DNA from: Bacillus subtilis subsp. subtilis str. 168
Lineage (GTDB): Bacteria; Bacillota; Bacilli; Bacillales; Bacillaceae
Length of the DNA stretch: 64,000 nucleotides
Reading direction: 5' to 3'
NCBI RefSeq assembly: GCF_000009045.1
Contig: NC_000964.3
Location: 2,790,001-2,854,000, forward strand
Positions 51,611-61,284 of this stretch are shown in pieces (position 1 is the first letter of the stretch; every line of letters begins with the position of its first letter). A program made the translations under genes and the position numbers. The notes below the pieces were generated by a model. That model did no database searches, was not told the origin of the DNA, and saw only the letters and a program-made list of their open reading frames with translations.

Positions 51611-53065
51611 ATGGCAGATTTTGTTGCTAGTTTGAATGCGGTCTTATGGAGTACGCCCGTCATTTATATTTTATTGGGAATTGGATTCGCCTTTTCAATT
51701 ATGACCCGTTTTTTACAAGTCCGACATTTAAAAGAAATGATTGTTCAGATGTTCAAAGGCAAGAGCTCTGAAGCCGGCGTTTCATCTTTCCAAGCGTTAT
51801 CGATTGCGCTGTCCGGCCGTGTGGGCACAGGAAACATCGCGGGAGTGGCGACAGCAATTGCATTCGGCGGACCCGGTGCAGTGTTCTGGATGTGGGCGAT
51901 TGCCTTTATCGGGGCGGCGAGTGCCTTTGTAGAATCAACGCTTGCTCAAATTTACAAAGTGAAACAAGACGGTCAATATCGGGGCGGCCCTGCTTATTAT
52001 ATAGAAAAAGGCTTAGGCATTAAGTGGTTTGCCGTCTTATTTGCCGCTGCTGCCCTTATTGCAATGGCCTTTCTAATGCCGGGCGTACAGTCCAACTCCA
52101 TTGCGGCTGGGATCCAAAATGCATTCGGCATCTCTCCTTTCGTCACAGGGTGCGGTCTGGTTTTATTATTAGGGTTCATTATTTTTGGCGGCGTCAAACG
52201 AATTGCCAATGCGGCGCAAATGATTGTTCCATTTATGGCCATTGGATATATCCTGCTGTCTTTGATTATTATTGTCATGAATGTGTCTGAATTGCCTGCT
52301 GTGATCTCATTAATATTCAAAAGCGCCTTCGCATTGGATTCCGCTTTTGGCGGCTTGATCGGTATGGCGATTTCCTGGGGCGTTAAACGTGGCATTTACT
52401 CAAACGAAGCCGGCCAGGGAACAGGCCCGCATCCGGCAGCTGCTGCAGAGGTTTCTCATCCGGTCAAGCAGGGACTGGTTCAGGCATTTTCTGTTTATAT
52501 TGACACCTTGTTTGTATGTTCCGCTACAGCTTTCATGATCTTGTTTACCGGCATGTACAATACCCAGGCTGCAGATGGTTCCTTTATCGTTCACCAGCTT
52601 AAAGGCGTAGAAGCAGGACCTGGTTTCACACAAGCGGCAATTGACAGTGTTCTTCCCGGATTCGGTGCAGGCTTTGTTGCCATCGCTTTATTCTTCTTCG
52701 CTTTTACAACAATTATGGCGTATTACTACATCGCAGAAACAAATATCGCCTATTTAGCACGAGGCAGAGAAAGCAAATGGGCGATGCTTGGCTTAAAACT
52801 GATTATTTTAGCCGCCACGTTCTATGGTACTGTGAAAACAGCTTCACTTGCTTGGGCATTAGGGGATGCAGGGCTTGGCATTATGGTATGGCTGAACGTC
52901 ATTGCCATTGTGCTGCTTGCCAAGCCGGCGCTCCTTGCTTTAAAGGATTATGAGCGCCAAAAGAAGCAGGGCTTAGACCCGATCTTTGATCCAAAAGCGC
53001 TGGGTATCAAAAACGCTGATTTCTGGGAGAAAGAATACACTCATGAAAGTGAACGTGTCTCCTGA
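51611..53065 (+). CDS. yrbD: Alanine/glycine:cation symporter (AGCS) family, alanine permease AlaP
   Basis: RVGTGNIAGVA, GGPGAVFWMW, GGPAYY, YSNEAGQG. Confidence 0.93.
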   Translation: MADFVASLNAVLWSTPVIYILLGIGFAFSIMTRFLQVRHLKEMIVQMFKGKSSEAGVSSFQALSIALSGRVGTGNIAGVATAIAFGGPGAVFWMWAIAFIGAASAFVESTLAQIYKVKQDGQYRGGPAYYIEKGLGIKWFAVLFAAAALIAMAFLMPGVQSNSIAAGIQNAFGISPFVTGCGLVLLLGFIIFGGVKRIANAAQMIVPFMAIGYILLSLIIIVMNVSELPAVISLIFKSAFALDSAFGGLIGMAISWGVKRGIYSNEAGQGTGPHPAAAAEVSHPVKQGLVQAFSVYIDTLFVCSATAFMILFTGMYNTQAADGSFIVHQLKGVEAGPGFTQAAIDSVLPGFGAGFVAIALFFFAFTTIMAYYYIAETNIAYLARGRESKWAMLGLKLIILAATFYGTVKTASLAWALGDAGLGIMVWLNVIAIVLLAKPALLALKDYERQKKQGLDPIFDPKALGIKNADFWEKEYTHESERVS

Positions 53066-53072
53066 ACATACT

Positions 53073-53107
53073 AAAACCGGCCCGATATGACCTCGTGCCG
53101 GTTTTTT
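53073..53107. terminator. Bidirectional terminator yrbD/yrbC
   Basis: AAAACCGGC...GCCGGTTTTTT. Confidence 0.78.
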
Positions 53108-53828
53108 ATGAACGATAGTTTGTATACACTTCTTGAACATCATCGTCATCTTCAAGGACGTCTATTAATGTTTCCAGCTTCTCAACAGCCTGATCATCGG
53201 CTTCTGCATAGGTATTGGGAAGCATGGTCACCTCCGCCGAAGAAATTAGATATTTCGATTCGAGGGCTGTTTTCACCTCTTCAAAATGCTCAGGCTCTGT
53301 GAAAACCTCATATAGGTCTTCTTCAATTCGCAGCTCTTCTCCTCCTGCTTCAAGCACATCAAGCATGAGCTCATCTTCTTCTATTTGCCGTTCAGTACGG
53401 TCTATCGTAATGAACCCCTTTCGTTCAAATAAAAAGGCTACACATCCGCTTTCTCCCAGACTTCCGCCATTTTTATTAAAGGCTGTCCGCACATTTGACG
53501 CCGTTCGGTTTTTATTATCTGTTACGCATTCAACCATGACGGCAATCCCTGAAGGGCCGTAGCCTTCATAGGTGATTTCTTCATAGCTGCTTCCGTCTTG
53601 GCCTCCCGCAGCTTTTTTAATGGCCCGATCTATATTTTCATTCGGCATATTGGCGCCTTTTGCTTTTTCGATGACAAGACGCAATGCTGAATTTGCTTCT
53701 GGATCCGCTCCGCCTTCTTTCGCTGCCACATAGATTTCTTTTGCCAGCTTCATAAATATTTTCCCGCGCTTTGCATCCTGTGCATTTTTTCTTTTTTGAA
53801 TGTTTTTCCACTTGGAATGGCCTGCCAT
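53106..53828 (-). CDS. yrbC: YebC/PmpR-family protein
   Basis: MAGHSKW, YEGYGPSG, TDNKNRT, DDDDVQEVY. Confidence 0.95.
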   Translation of the reverse strand: MAGHSKWKNIQKRKNAQDAKRGKIFMKLAKEIYVAAKEGGADPEANSALRLVIEKAKGANMPNENIDRAIKKAAGGQDGSSYEEITYEGYGPSGIAVMVECVTDNKNRTASNVRTAFNKNGGSLGESGCVAFLFERKGFITIDRTERQIEEDELMLDVLEAGGEELRIEEDLYEVFTEPEHFEEVKTALESKYLISSAEVTMLPNTYAEADDQAVEKLETLIDVLEDDDDVQEVYTNYRS

Positions 53829-53887
53829 GTTTTCACCTTCTTTTACATTTTCTATGTACACTTTAATGGGAAATGTTCGCTGATGCA

Positions 53888-53924
53888 AAGAAAAAGGCTG
53901 CCGAATATCACTTCCGGCAGCCCT
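53888..53924 (-). terminator. coxA terminator
   Basis: GGCTGCCG...CGGCAGCC then TTTTTCTTT. Confidence 0.8.
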
Positions 53925-53930
53925 TCCTTC

Positions 53931-54527
53931 CTAGCGGTTGTTCATTTTATGAAGTTTTCTGAACAGCCCTTTATCTGTTGATACTTGGACGTCACGGCCA
54001 TTTGCATAGTTGCGCGCTGCTTTTACAACATTATCTCTGTCAGACTTTGTGAACTCTCTGTGGCTTTTGACTGCGATAACTACTCGGTCATCCGATACCA
54101 TAACTTGTGTGTCATTGACGTTTTTCACTTGTTTCACACGGTTGGCAATTTTTGCAGCCAGTCTTCTGTTTTCTTGGTTGTCATACCCGTTGTTCGCTGC
54201 ATTCCGATTCATGTTTCGGTTATTCGTGTTGTTATATGTTCCGTCAGTTGCCAAAGGAACACGATCGTCAGCAGTAACACGGTCACGGTTATTTACATTC
54301 GTGGTGTTTCGGTTACCGTCGTTCTGATCCTCCATTAATTCAGAAACAGGACCATCGTGGTCGATTCCGTCTCCCTGTCTATCGGCGTCATTTTCATTTG
54401 TATAATATCCGATTGGACGGGTATTGCCGTTATTGCGCGTATCATTCATAGCATTATCGTTTGCTCCGCATGCTGTTAAGCCGGCTGTCATTAGAATCAG
54501 GCTAGCGATCGTCATTTTTTTACCCAA
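53931..54527 (-). CDS. coxA: YhcN/YlaJ-family spore lipoprotein CoxA
   Basis: TTG start, lipobox LTAC, Asn-rich linker, IANRVKQVKNV...V.VSDD domain. Confidence 0.9.
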   Translation of the reverse strand: MGKKMTIASLILMTAGLTACGANDNAMNDTRNNGNTRPIGYYTNENDADRQGDGIDHDGPVSELMEDQNDGNRNTTNVNNRDRVTADDRVPLATDGTYNNTNNRNMNRNAANNGYDNQENRRLAAKIANRVKQVKNVNDTQVMVSDDRVVIAVKSHREFTKSDRDNVVKAARNYANGRDVQVSTDKGLFRKLHKMNNR

Positions 54528-54641
54528 TGGAAAAACCCCCCGTGGACGAATTGAGCATGTTTGCTCGCTTTTATCATGTGCGTATGGGGGGCATGTTAAG
54601 CGTGTCAGTTCTCTCCATTTGGCAGTGATCTGCTTGAAAAC

Positions 54642-54668
54642 AAAAAAAGGAACGATTTACATCGTTCC
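54642..54668 (-). terminator. safA terminator
   Basis: GGAACGAT-gtaa-ATCGTTCC then TTTTTTT. Confidence 0.8.
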
Positions 54669-54674
54669 GAACGA

Positions 54675-55838
54675 TCACTCATTTTCTTCTTCCGGACGGC
54701 CAAACATTTGGTTTACAGAAGGCTGGTTCGTCATTGGCATAGAAACTCCTGCCGAATATGGGTTTGGATTTGGGTTAGCTGTGCCATATGGCATATTAGG
54801 GCTTCCATAAGCTCCCATTCCCGAATGGCCAGGTGCAGAGAAATATGGCTGATGATCACCGTCACAGCCGCAGTCGTCATGATCTTTGTATGGCATGTAA
54901 CCATGAGCCGCAGCAGGCTGGTATGCTCCCATTACTTGGGGAGTGCCGTAATAAGGGCCATACGGCATATGTCCATACGGAGATCCATAAGCCGGAGATG
55001 CGTATTGCGGCGCACCGTATGAACCGTAATGTCCGTGATGGCTGTTTTCATGATGCTGGTTTTCATAACCCGGGTCATACTGAGGCGATACAAAGCCTGG
55101 CTGGTATCCATGCATCGGATGCATTGGATAAGCTTGTGCCGGATAGTACGGATAGCATAATCCTGATCCTGGAAGAATTGGCGAAACAGGCACCGGACAC
55201 GGTACGAAATGAGCCGGATAATGATAATAAGGCTGAACAGCCGGCATCGGCATATTCGGAACTGTGTGATGAACGTTTTCCTCTTCTATACCGCCTACCT
55301 CTGGCGCCTTTGGCATATTAGGCATATTCGGATAATTTGCATTTTCCATATTACTCATAGCCTCCTGTTGTGGAAATTGGTCTTGCATATGATACATATG
55401 ATCCATATTTCCGTCATGATGTTTTTTCGGCTCCTCCGGTTTAGGAGGCGACCAAGGCTGGAAAAGCTGTTTCATATCATAATAATCGTTCACATCAGCT
55501 TCAGGGTACACATTTTCCTGCAAATTAGGCATCGGCGGGACATACGGCATGGACTTCTTTTCTTTCGGCTTTGTGTCTTCTACATCGACAACGGATTTAG
55601 GCTTCTCTTTCGCATATGGATGTTCTTGCTTCACACTCCCGGCCGCAGGACTTTTGCCCGCTTTTGGCTCTTTTCTGACCGGGACTCCTTCTGACGGCAC
55701 TTTTATTTTCATTCCAGGCATGATTAAGTCTGGATTGCTAAGCTGTGTATTGAGTTTTTTCACTTCCTCAACATCGACTCCGTACTTTTCAGCTATTTTC
55801 CAGAGCGAATCGCCTTTTTGAACGATATGGATTTTCAA
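54675..55838 (-). CDS. safA: Spore inner-coat morphogenetic protein SafA
   Basis: TTG start, LysM (HIVQKGDSLWKIA), PYYH motif, Pro/Tyr/Gly/His-rich C-terminus. Confidence 0.97.
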   Translation of the reverse strand: MKIHIVQKGDSLWKIAEKYGVDVEEVKKLNTQLSNPDLIMPGMKIKVPSEGVPVRKEPKAGKSPAAGSVKQEHPYAKEKPKSVVDVEDTKPKEKKSMPYVPPMPNLQENVYPEADVNDYYDMKQLFQPWSPPKPEEPKKHHDGNMDHMYHMQDQFPQQEAMSNMENANYPNMPNMPKAPEVGGIEEENVHHTVPNMPMPAVQPYYHYPAHFVPCPVPVSPILPGSGLCYPYYPAQAYPMHPMHGYQPGFVSPQYDPGYENQHHENSHHGHYGSYGAPQYASPAYGSPYGHMPYGPYYGTPQVMGAYQPAAAHGYMPYKDHDDCGCDGDHQPYFSAPGHSGMGAYGSPNMPYGTANPNPNPYSAGVSMPMTNQPSVNQMFGRPEEENE

Positions 55839-55899
55839 CGTTTTCCCCTCCTATGCAAAACGTGAACAGTTCAGCTGTGATTACAATATGTTTCTTCAC

Positions 55900-55928
55900 A
55901 ACATATGCCTGAACAAAAGAAGTTATGA
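55900..55928 (-). promoter_or_regulatory. SigE promoter for safA
   Basis: TCATAAC-14 nt-CATATGTT. Confidence 0.7.
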
Positions 55929-55954
55929 GTAAAGGAAGGGAAAATATTTCTGAT

Positions 55955-57061
55955 CTACGTGATCGAAAGCATTCGATTCAGGGCAAGGAGTGCATCTTCC
56001 TGAATGGCTTTTGGCACCTTGATGACGCCTGAAGGTTCTCCTTTTTCAATTTGTTCCAGCGACCACAACAAATGCGGCAAATCAATTCGGTTCATTGTCA
56101 GGCAAGGGCACATGTCAGGGTTGAGTGATTCGATTTGTTTATCTGGATGCTCGTGAATGATCCGCTGAACAAGATTCATTTCTGTCCCGATTGCCCACTT
56201 GCTTCCCGCCGGAGCCTGGTTGATTGTGTCGATAATATATTTCGTTGATCCGTTATCATCGCTTAGTGTCACGACTTCGTGTGAACATTCCGGGTGCACA
56301 ATGATCTGAATGTCGGGGTCTCGCTCTCTCATATCATGGATATTTTTAGTGGTGAATTTCTCGTGAACAGAGCAATGCCCTTTCCACAAAATCACTTTCA
56401 CATTCGTATGCCCGGATTCAGCTACTAATTCATCTTTCATCGGATCCCACACAGCCATATCTTCAAGCGCAATGCCCAGATCATAAGCCGTATTTCTCCC
56501 TAAATGCTGATCAGGCAAAAATAAAATTCTTTTTTTCTGTGTAAACGCCCATTCAAGCACTTTTTTCGCATTCGAAGAAGTTACAGTTGCTCCGCCATGC
56601 TTTCCGACGAATGCCTTGATCTCCGCAGTGGAGTTCACATAAGTTAAAGGTATGATCGTATCTCCAAATATATGCTGAAGCTTCTTCCATGCCCTATTGG
56701 TCTGCTGCATGTCAGCCATGTCAGCCATAGAACATCCAGCTCTCATATCTGGCAGGACGACCGTTTGCTGCTCGCTTGTCAGCATATCGGCGGTTTCTGC
56801 CATAAAGTGAACGCCGCAAAATACGATATAATCCGCTTCTTTGTTTTTTTCCGCTACTTGGGCCAATTGCAGGGAGTCGCCTGTTTGGTCAGCAAATTGT
56901 ATCACTTCATCCTTTTGATAATGATGGCCTGGTATAAAGAGCCTGCTGCCGAACTTTTTCTTAATGGCGGCAACGCGCGTTTCCATATCCTTTCTCGATA
57001 GTTCTTTATAACTTTCGGGCATCATATCATTCGATTGTTTGATCACATCAAGAATTGACAT
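55955..57061 (-). CDS. nadA: Quinolinate synthase
   Basis: GHHYQ, FCGVHF, GHCSVH, HPEC, CPCLTMN. Confidence 0.97.
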   Translation of the reverse strand: MSILDVIKQSNDMMPESYKELSRKDMETRVAAIKKKFGSRLFIPGHHYQKDEVIQFADQTGDSLQLAQVAEKNKEADYIVFCGVHFMAETADMLTSEQQTVVLPDMRAGCSMADMADMQQTNRAWKKLQHIFGDTIIPLTYVNSTAEIKAFVGKHGGATVTSSNAKKVLEWAFTQKKRILFLPDQHLGRNTAYDLGIALEDMAVWDPMKDELVAESGHTNVKVILWKGHCSVHEKFTTKNIHDMRERDPDIQIIVHPECSHEVVTLSDDNGSTKYIIDTINQAPAGSKWAIGTEMNLVQRIIHEHPDKQIESLNPDMCPCLTMNRIDLPHLLWSLEQIEKGEPSGVIKVPKAIQEDALLALNRMLSIT

Positions 57062-57917
57062 AACAGCATTCCTCCACAGATTCATTTGATAACGTAACAT
57101 CCATGCTGATATCTAAACTTTTGACGGAATGAGTCAGAAATCCTAATGAAATATAATTCACACCCGTCCCTTTAAAAGCAGGCAAAGATTCTAACGTAAT
57201 CCCGCCAGAGGCTTCAGTTTTTATATTAGCCGGTGTGAGCTTTGCAAAATGACGGACCGTATCAGGCGGACAGTTGTCAAACATAATAACATCCGCTCCA
57301 GCTGCAATTGCTTCCCGCAGCTGTTCCTCCGTTTCAATTTCCACCTCGATATTTACCATGTGCCCTGCGGCCTGACGGGCTTTTTTGCACGCCTCTAAAA
57401 TAGAGCCGCATGCTGCGATATGATTATCTTTAATCATGATGCCGTCATACAAACCGAATCGATGATTATACCCGCCGCCGGCTCTGACAGCATATTTCTC
57501 CAGCATTCTGAGCCCCGGTGTTGTTTTTCTCGTGTCACAAATTTTAATCTGTTCATCATCCAGACACCGAACAGCCTCTCTTGTCATTGTCGCAATTCCT
57601 GACAGCCTCTGAATAAGATTTAATACGACCCGCTCTCCTGAAAGGAGCGCAGCTGCGGGACCGTGTAACTCGGCAATCACTTCACCTTTATGCAACATGT
57701 CCCCATCTTTTTTGTGTAAAATGCTTTGAACATTTTCGTCCAATAACGAAAAGCCTTCTTTTATGATCGCTGCTCCTGCAAAAATACCCTCTGACTTTGC
57801 AACAATCTCCGCTTCACAGCTCTGTTCTCCAAAAATAGACTGCGATGTAAGATCCCCTGTCCCAATATCCTCAAGAAAAAAGTGATTCAGTAATTTTTTC
57901 AGCTGTAAATGATTCAT
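57048..57917 (-). CDS. nadC: Quinolinate phosphoribosyltransferase
   Basis: [26 protein letters not shown]. Confidence 0.97.
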   Translation of the reverse strand: MNHLQLKKLLNHFFLEDIGTGDLTSQSIFGEQSCEAEIVAKSEGIFAGAAIIKEGFSLLDENVQSILHKKDGDMLHKGEVIAELHGPAAALLSGERVVLNLIQRLSGIATMTREAVRCLDDEQIKICDTRKTTPGLRMLEKYAVRAGGGYNHRFGLYDGIMIKDNHIAACGSILEACKKARQAAGHMVNIEVEIETEEQLREAIAAGADVIMFDNCPPDTVRHFAKLTPANIKTEASGGITLESLPAFKGTGVNYISLGFLTHSVKSLDISMDVTLSNESVEECCYVNS

Positions 57918-59466
57918 TGTTCCAAATCCCCTCGTTTTTTCTGATCTTCGTTCCTTTTTTTGTATGGACAATTTGTCTTCCTTGCCAGCTCACCTCAGCA
58001 TGAGGAAAATCGGTGCGGAAGTGAGCCCCTCTGCTTTCCTCCCGCAAAAGCGCAGAAAACGTCATCAGCTTTGCAGTTTGCCATAGATGAGAAAGTTCCA
58101 TCTGCCGAATTGTGATATCCTTCACATTTACTTCCTGAAAAGGCAGCGTATGAAGCCAGATGCTAAGCTCAATCAAACTGCTTTGTTCCCGCAGAATAGA
58201 CATGTGGCTTGTCATTTTGCTTTGCAGTTCATGCCCCTCTATATCCGGCACCTCGTAGAAGACACTGGTTTCTAGCCCTGATTGATATTGCCTGTTATAA
58301 ACCGGTTTTTGGATAATATGCTCTGCTGCCCTTTTTCCAAATACCAGCGCTTCCAATAAAGAATTGCTTGCAAGCCGGTTTGCTCCATGTAAACCGGAGC
58401 ATGCTGTCTCGCCAATCGCATAAAGCCCCGGCACTGTCGTTTCTCCCCAGCGATTAACTGAAACACCTCCCATTAAGAAATGCATTCCCGGAGCAACAGG
58501 AATTTTTCCGCTGTGGATATCAATCCCTGCTTTTTCACAAATAGCGGTGATGGTAGGGAAACGCGTTTCAAAATCAGAAATCGCACTGAAGTCTATATAA
58601 ACGCGATTTCCTTTTGCCATTTCTTCGTGAATAACCCGTGAGACAATATCTCTTGGAGCCAGGTCACCTAAAGGATGCCGTTCAGCCATAATCCTGCGGC
58701 CGTTTTCGTCTACTAAACATCCGCCTTCCCCTCTGACAGCTTCTGAAACAAGCCCGTAGGAAACACCATTTTTCACAAGCAGTGTCGGGTGAAACTGAGT
58801 AAACTCCAAATCCGTTAATTCCGCCCCGGCCCGGTAAGCCAGAGAAAGACCGTCACCTGTGACAGTGAGATCATTCGTATGGTGAAGAAACAGGTTTCCA
58901 CAGCCGCCGGCAGCCAGCACAACTTCGTCTGCGTGCCTTACCTTGAGCCGCCCTTTGCTGTCTTTTGTCATGACGCCGATACATCGTCCGTCCTCTATAA
59001 GCAAATCTGCTGCCGTTTCATTCTCGATTAACTTGATTTTGCTGTTGATCCGTTTGAGCAAATAATCGATAAGCAGCCTGCCTGTTGCGTCTCCGCCTGC
59101 ATGAAATATGCGGTTGTATGAGTGGGCCCCTTCTCTTCCAAGACAAACACCGCCTCGTTCATTGCGGTCGAATGGAAATCCACGCTCCAATAGGCTTTGA
59201 ACCATCATTTTTCCATCATGTAATACGTCTGCTACAATAGCTAGATTATTATGGCCGCACCCTGCGTATAACGTATCCTCCAGATGGGCTTCAATCGAGT
59301 CATCTTTTGCATAGGCCGCAGCAATCCCGCCTTGTGCATAGACAGAATTGCTGTTTTTGACGCTTTTTTTTGTGATAACAGTCACTTCGTATGAGGGCGG
59401 GAAAGCTGCAGCTAAGGAAAGTGCCGCCGCCCCTGAACCGATGACTGCAATCGTCTTTTTAGACAT
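57871..59466 (-). CDS. nadB: L-aspartate oxidase
   Basis: GSGAAAL, AQGGIA, QFHPT, HGANRLASNSLLE. Confidence 0.97.
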   Translation of the reverse strand: MSKKTIAVIGSGAAALSLAAAFPPSYEVTVITKKSVKNSNSVYAQGGIAAAYAKDDSIEAHLEDTLYAGCGHNNLAIVADVLHDGKMMVQSLLERGFPFDRNERGGVCLGREGAHSYNRIFHAGGDATGRLLIDYLLKRINSKIKLIENETAADLLIEDGRCIGVMTKDSKGRLKVRHADEVVLAAGGCGNLFLHHTNDLTVTGDGLSLAYRAGAELTDLEFTQFHPTLLVKNGVSYGLVSEAVRGEGGCLVDENGRRIMAERHPLGDLAPRDIVSRVIHEEMAKGNRVYIDFSAISDFETRFPTITAICEKAGIDIHSGKIPVAPGMHFLMGGVSVNRWGETTVPGLYAIGETACSGLHGANRLASNSLLEALVFGKRAAEHIIQKPVYNRQYQSGLETSVFYEVPDIEGHELQSKMTSHMSILREQSSLIELSIWLHTLPFQEVNVKDITIRQMELSHLWQTAKLMTFSALLREESRGAHFRTDFPHAEVSWQGRQIVHTKKGTKIRKNEGIWNNESFTAEKITESLFS

Positions 59467-59484
59467 ATGCCATCCTCCTGTTGT

Positions 59485-59525
59485 TTACACCTGTCTTGAC
59501 ACCTATATTTACACAAGGATAAAAT
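59485..59525. promoter_or_regulatory. NiaR operator overlapping the divergent nadB/nifS promoters
   Basis: Palindrome TGTC-tt-GACA (59492-59501) containing a TTGACA -35, with TAAAAT 18 nt downstream. Confidence 0.7.
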
Positions 59526-59568
59526 AAACTCAAGAGTTTTTTATGGAGAACGGATGGAGGAAGACCGG

Positions 59569-60756
59569 ATGATTTATTTAGATTATGCAGCGACAACGCC
59601 TATTTGTGAGGAAGCCCTTACTGTATATCAGAAGCTTAGTATGGATATGTACGGAAATGCCAGCAGCCTGCATGATGCAGGAGGAAAAGCAAAGCACATA
59701 CTGGAGTACTGCCGTGAAAAAATCGCCAACATCATTGGCGGAGAAGCAAGCGGCATCTATTTTACAAGCGGCGGCACTGAATCCAATTTTCTGGCCATTC
59801 AATCATTGTTAAACGGCCTGCCAAAAACGAAAAGACATTTTATTACGACTGCCATGGAGCATCAGTCCATTCATAATTGCGCTGCTTTTTTGGAACAGCA
59901 GGGATATGATGTAACAGTCATTGAACCGAATGAATACGGGCTTATTACCGAGGAAATATTACTAACCCATATCCGGCCGGAAACAGGCCTTGTATCTATT
60001 CAGCATGCAAATTCTGAAACCGGGATCATTCAGCCCATTCAACACCTGTCTTCATACCTGCACAATAAGGGGATTCTTCTTCATTGCGACGCTGTTCAAA
60101 CGTTTGGAAAGATCCCGATCAATACAAAAAATCTGGGAGTAGATGCACTCTCAATGTCCAGCCATAAAATCCACGGTCCTAAAGGAGTAGGGGCGGTCTA
60201 TATCCGGCCGGATGTCCCTTGGAAACCCGTTTATCCTCTGACTACTCACGAATACGGATTCAGAGCCGGCACCGTAAATGTTCCCGGGATCGGTGCCTTC
60301 ACTGCCGCTGCAGAATTGATCGTAAGCGAAATGGAAAAACAGATATCCCGCAATGAGGCATTAAGAACATACTTTCTAGACCAAATCCGTATTCGGTCTC
60401 TCCCTGTAACCCTTGCAGCAGACACTTCGAAAGCAGAATGTCTTCCGCATATTATAGGGTGTTTTTTTCACTCATTTGAAGGACAATATGTTATGTTAGA
60501 ATGTAATCGGAGTAATATTTGCATTTCAACCGGCAGCGCTTGTTCTGCAGGTTACCACGGTCCGTCTGAAACAATGAAAGCATTAAGAAAAACCGAACAA
60601 GAAGCTCTGCAATTTATCCGCATCTCTTTTGGCAGGCATACAACAGCTGAACAGCTGGAACAGTTATTACATACGTTTACAGTGCTTTGGGAACAAAAGA
60701 AAGGAGAATTTGATATTGACCGAAGAATTAAAGCTAATGGGCGCCAACAGGCGTGA
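59569..60756 (+). CDS. nifS: Cysteine desulfurase NifS (serving NadA)
   Basis: YLDYAAT, SSHKIHGPKG, STGSACS; SD GGAGG. Confidence 0.95.
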   Translation: MIYLDYAATTPICEEALTVYQKLSMDMYGNASSLHDAGGKAKHILEYCREKIANIIGGEASGIYFTSGGTESNFLAIQSLLNGLPKTKRHFITTAMEHQSIHNCAAFLEQQGYDVTVIEPNEYGLITEEILLTHIRPETGLVSIQHANSETGIIQPIQHLSSYLHNKGILLHCDAVQTFGKIPINTKNLGVDALSMSSHKIHGPKGVGAVYIRPDVPWKPVYPLTTHEYGFRAGTVNVPGIGAFTAAAELIVSEMEKQISRNEALRTYFLDQIRIRSLPVTLAADTSKAECLPHIIGCFFHSFEGQYVMLECNRSNICISTGSACSAGYHGPSETMKALRKTEQEALQFIRISFGRHTTAEQLEQLLHTFTVLWEQKKGEFDIDRRIKANGRQQA

Positions 60757-61258
60757 CCAGCTTCTTCTGTGGCTGAAGGAATCTAAATCACCGCTGACAG
60801 GAGGAGAACTCGCAAAAAAAGCGAACGTCTCAAGACAGGTTATTGTACAGGATATATCGCTCTTGAAAGCGAAAAATGTACCGATTATCGCCACAAGCCA
60901 AGGATATGTATACATGGATGCAGCCGCTCAGCAGCACCAGCAGGCAGAAAGAATCATAGCATGTCTGCACGGTCCTGAACGGACAGAAGAGGAACTGCAG
61001 CTCATCGTCGACGAAGGCGTTACAGTAAAAGACGTAAAAATCGAGCATCCCGTATACGGAGATTTAACTGCAGCCATCCAAGTAGGCACCCGGAAAGAAG
61101 TTAGCCATTTCATCAAAAAAATCAATTCTACGAATGCTGCCTACTTATCACAGCTGACCGACGGCGTGCACCTGCATACACTGACAGCACCTGATGAACA
61201 TCGCATCGATCAAGCCTGCCAAGCCCTCGAAGAAGCCGGCATTTTAATTAAAGACTAA
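60716..61258 (+). CDS. niaR: Niacin-responsive repressor NiaR (YrxA/NadR), HTH plus 3H domain
   Basis: TTG 60716 with SD AAAGGAG; VSRQVIVQDI, CLH, EHPVYG, HLH. Confidence 0.93.
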   Translation: MTEELKLMGANRRDQLLLWLKESKSPLTGGELAKKANVSRQVIVQDISLLKAKNVPIIATSQGYVYMDAAAQQHQQAERIIACLHGPERTEEELQLIVDEGVTVKDVKIEHPVYGDLTAAIQVGTRKEVSHFIKKINSTNAAYLSQLTDGVHLHTLTAPDEHRIDQACQALEEAGILIKD

Positions 61259-61284
61259 AAAAAGCCCTCTAGTGGGCTTTTTTT
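61258..61284. terminator. Bidirectional terminator niaR/pheA
   Basis: AAAAAAGCCC-tctagt-GGGCTTTTTT. Confidence 0.85.

Noticed and set aside
54708-55694. Plus-strand ORFs of 104-162 aa antisense to safA
   Set aside because: Produced by the biased low-complexity codons of safA, which leave few stops on the opposite strand.
53106-55838. Functional link between the YebC-family gene yrbC and Pro-rich safA
   Set aside because: SafA has only scattered PP pairs, terminators separate the genes, and proximity is the only evidence.
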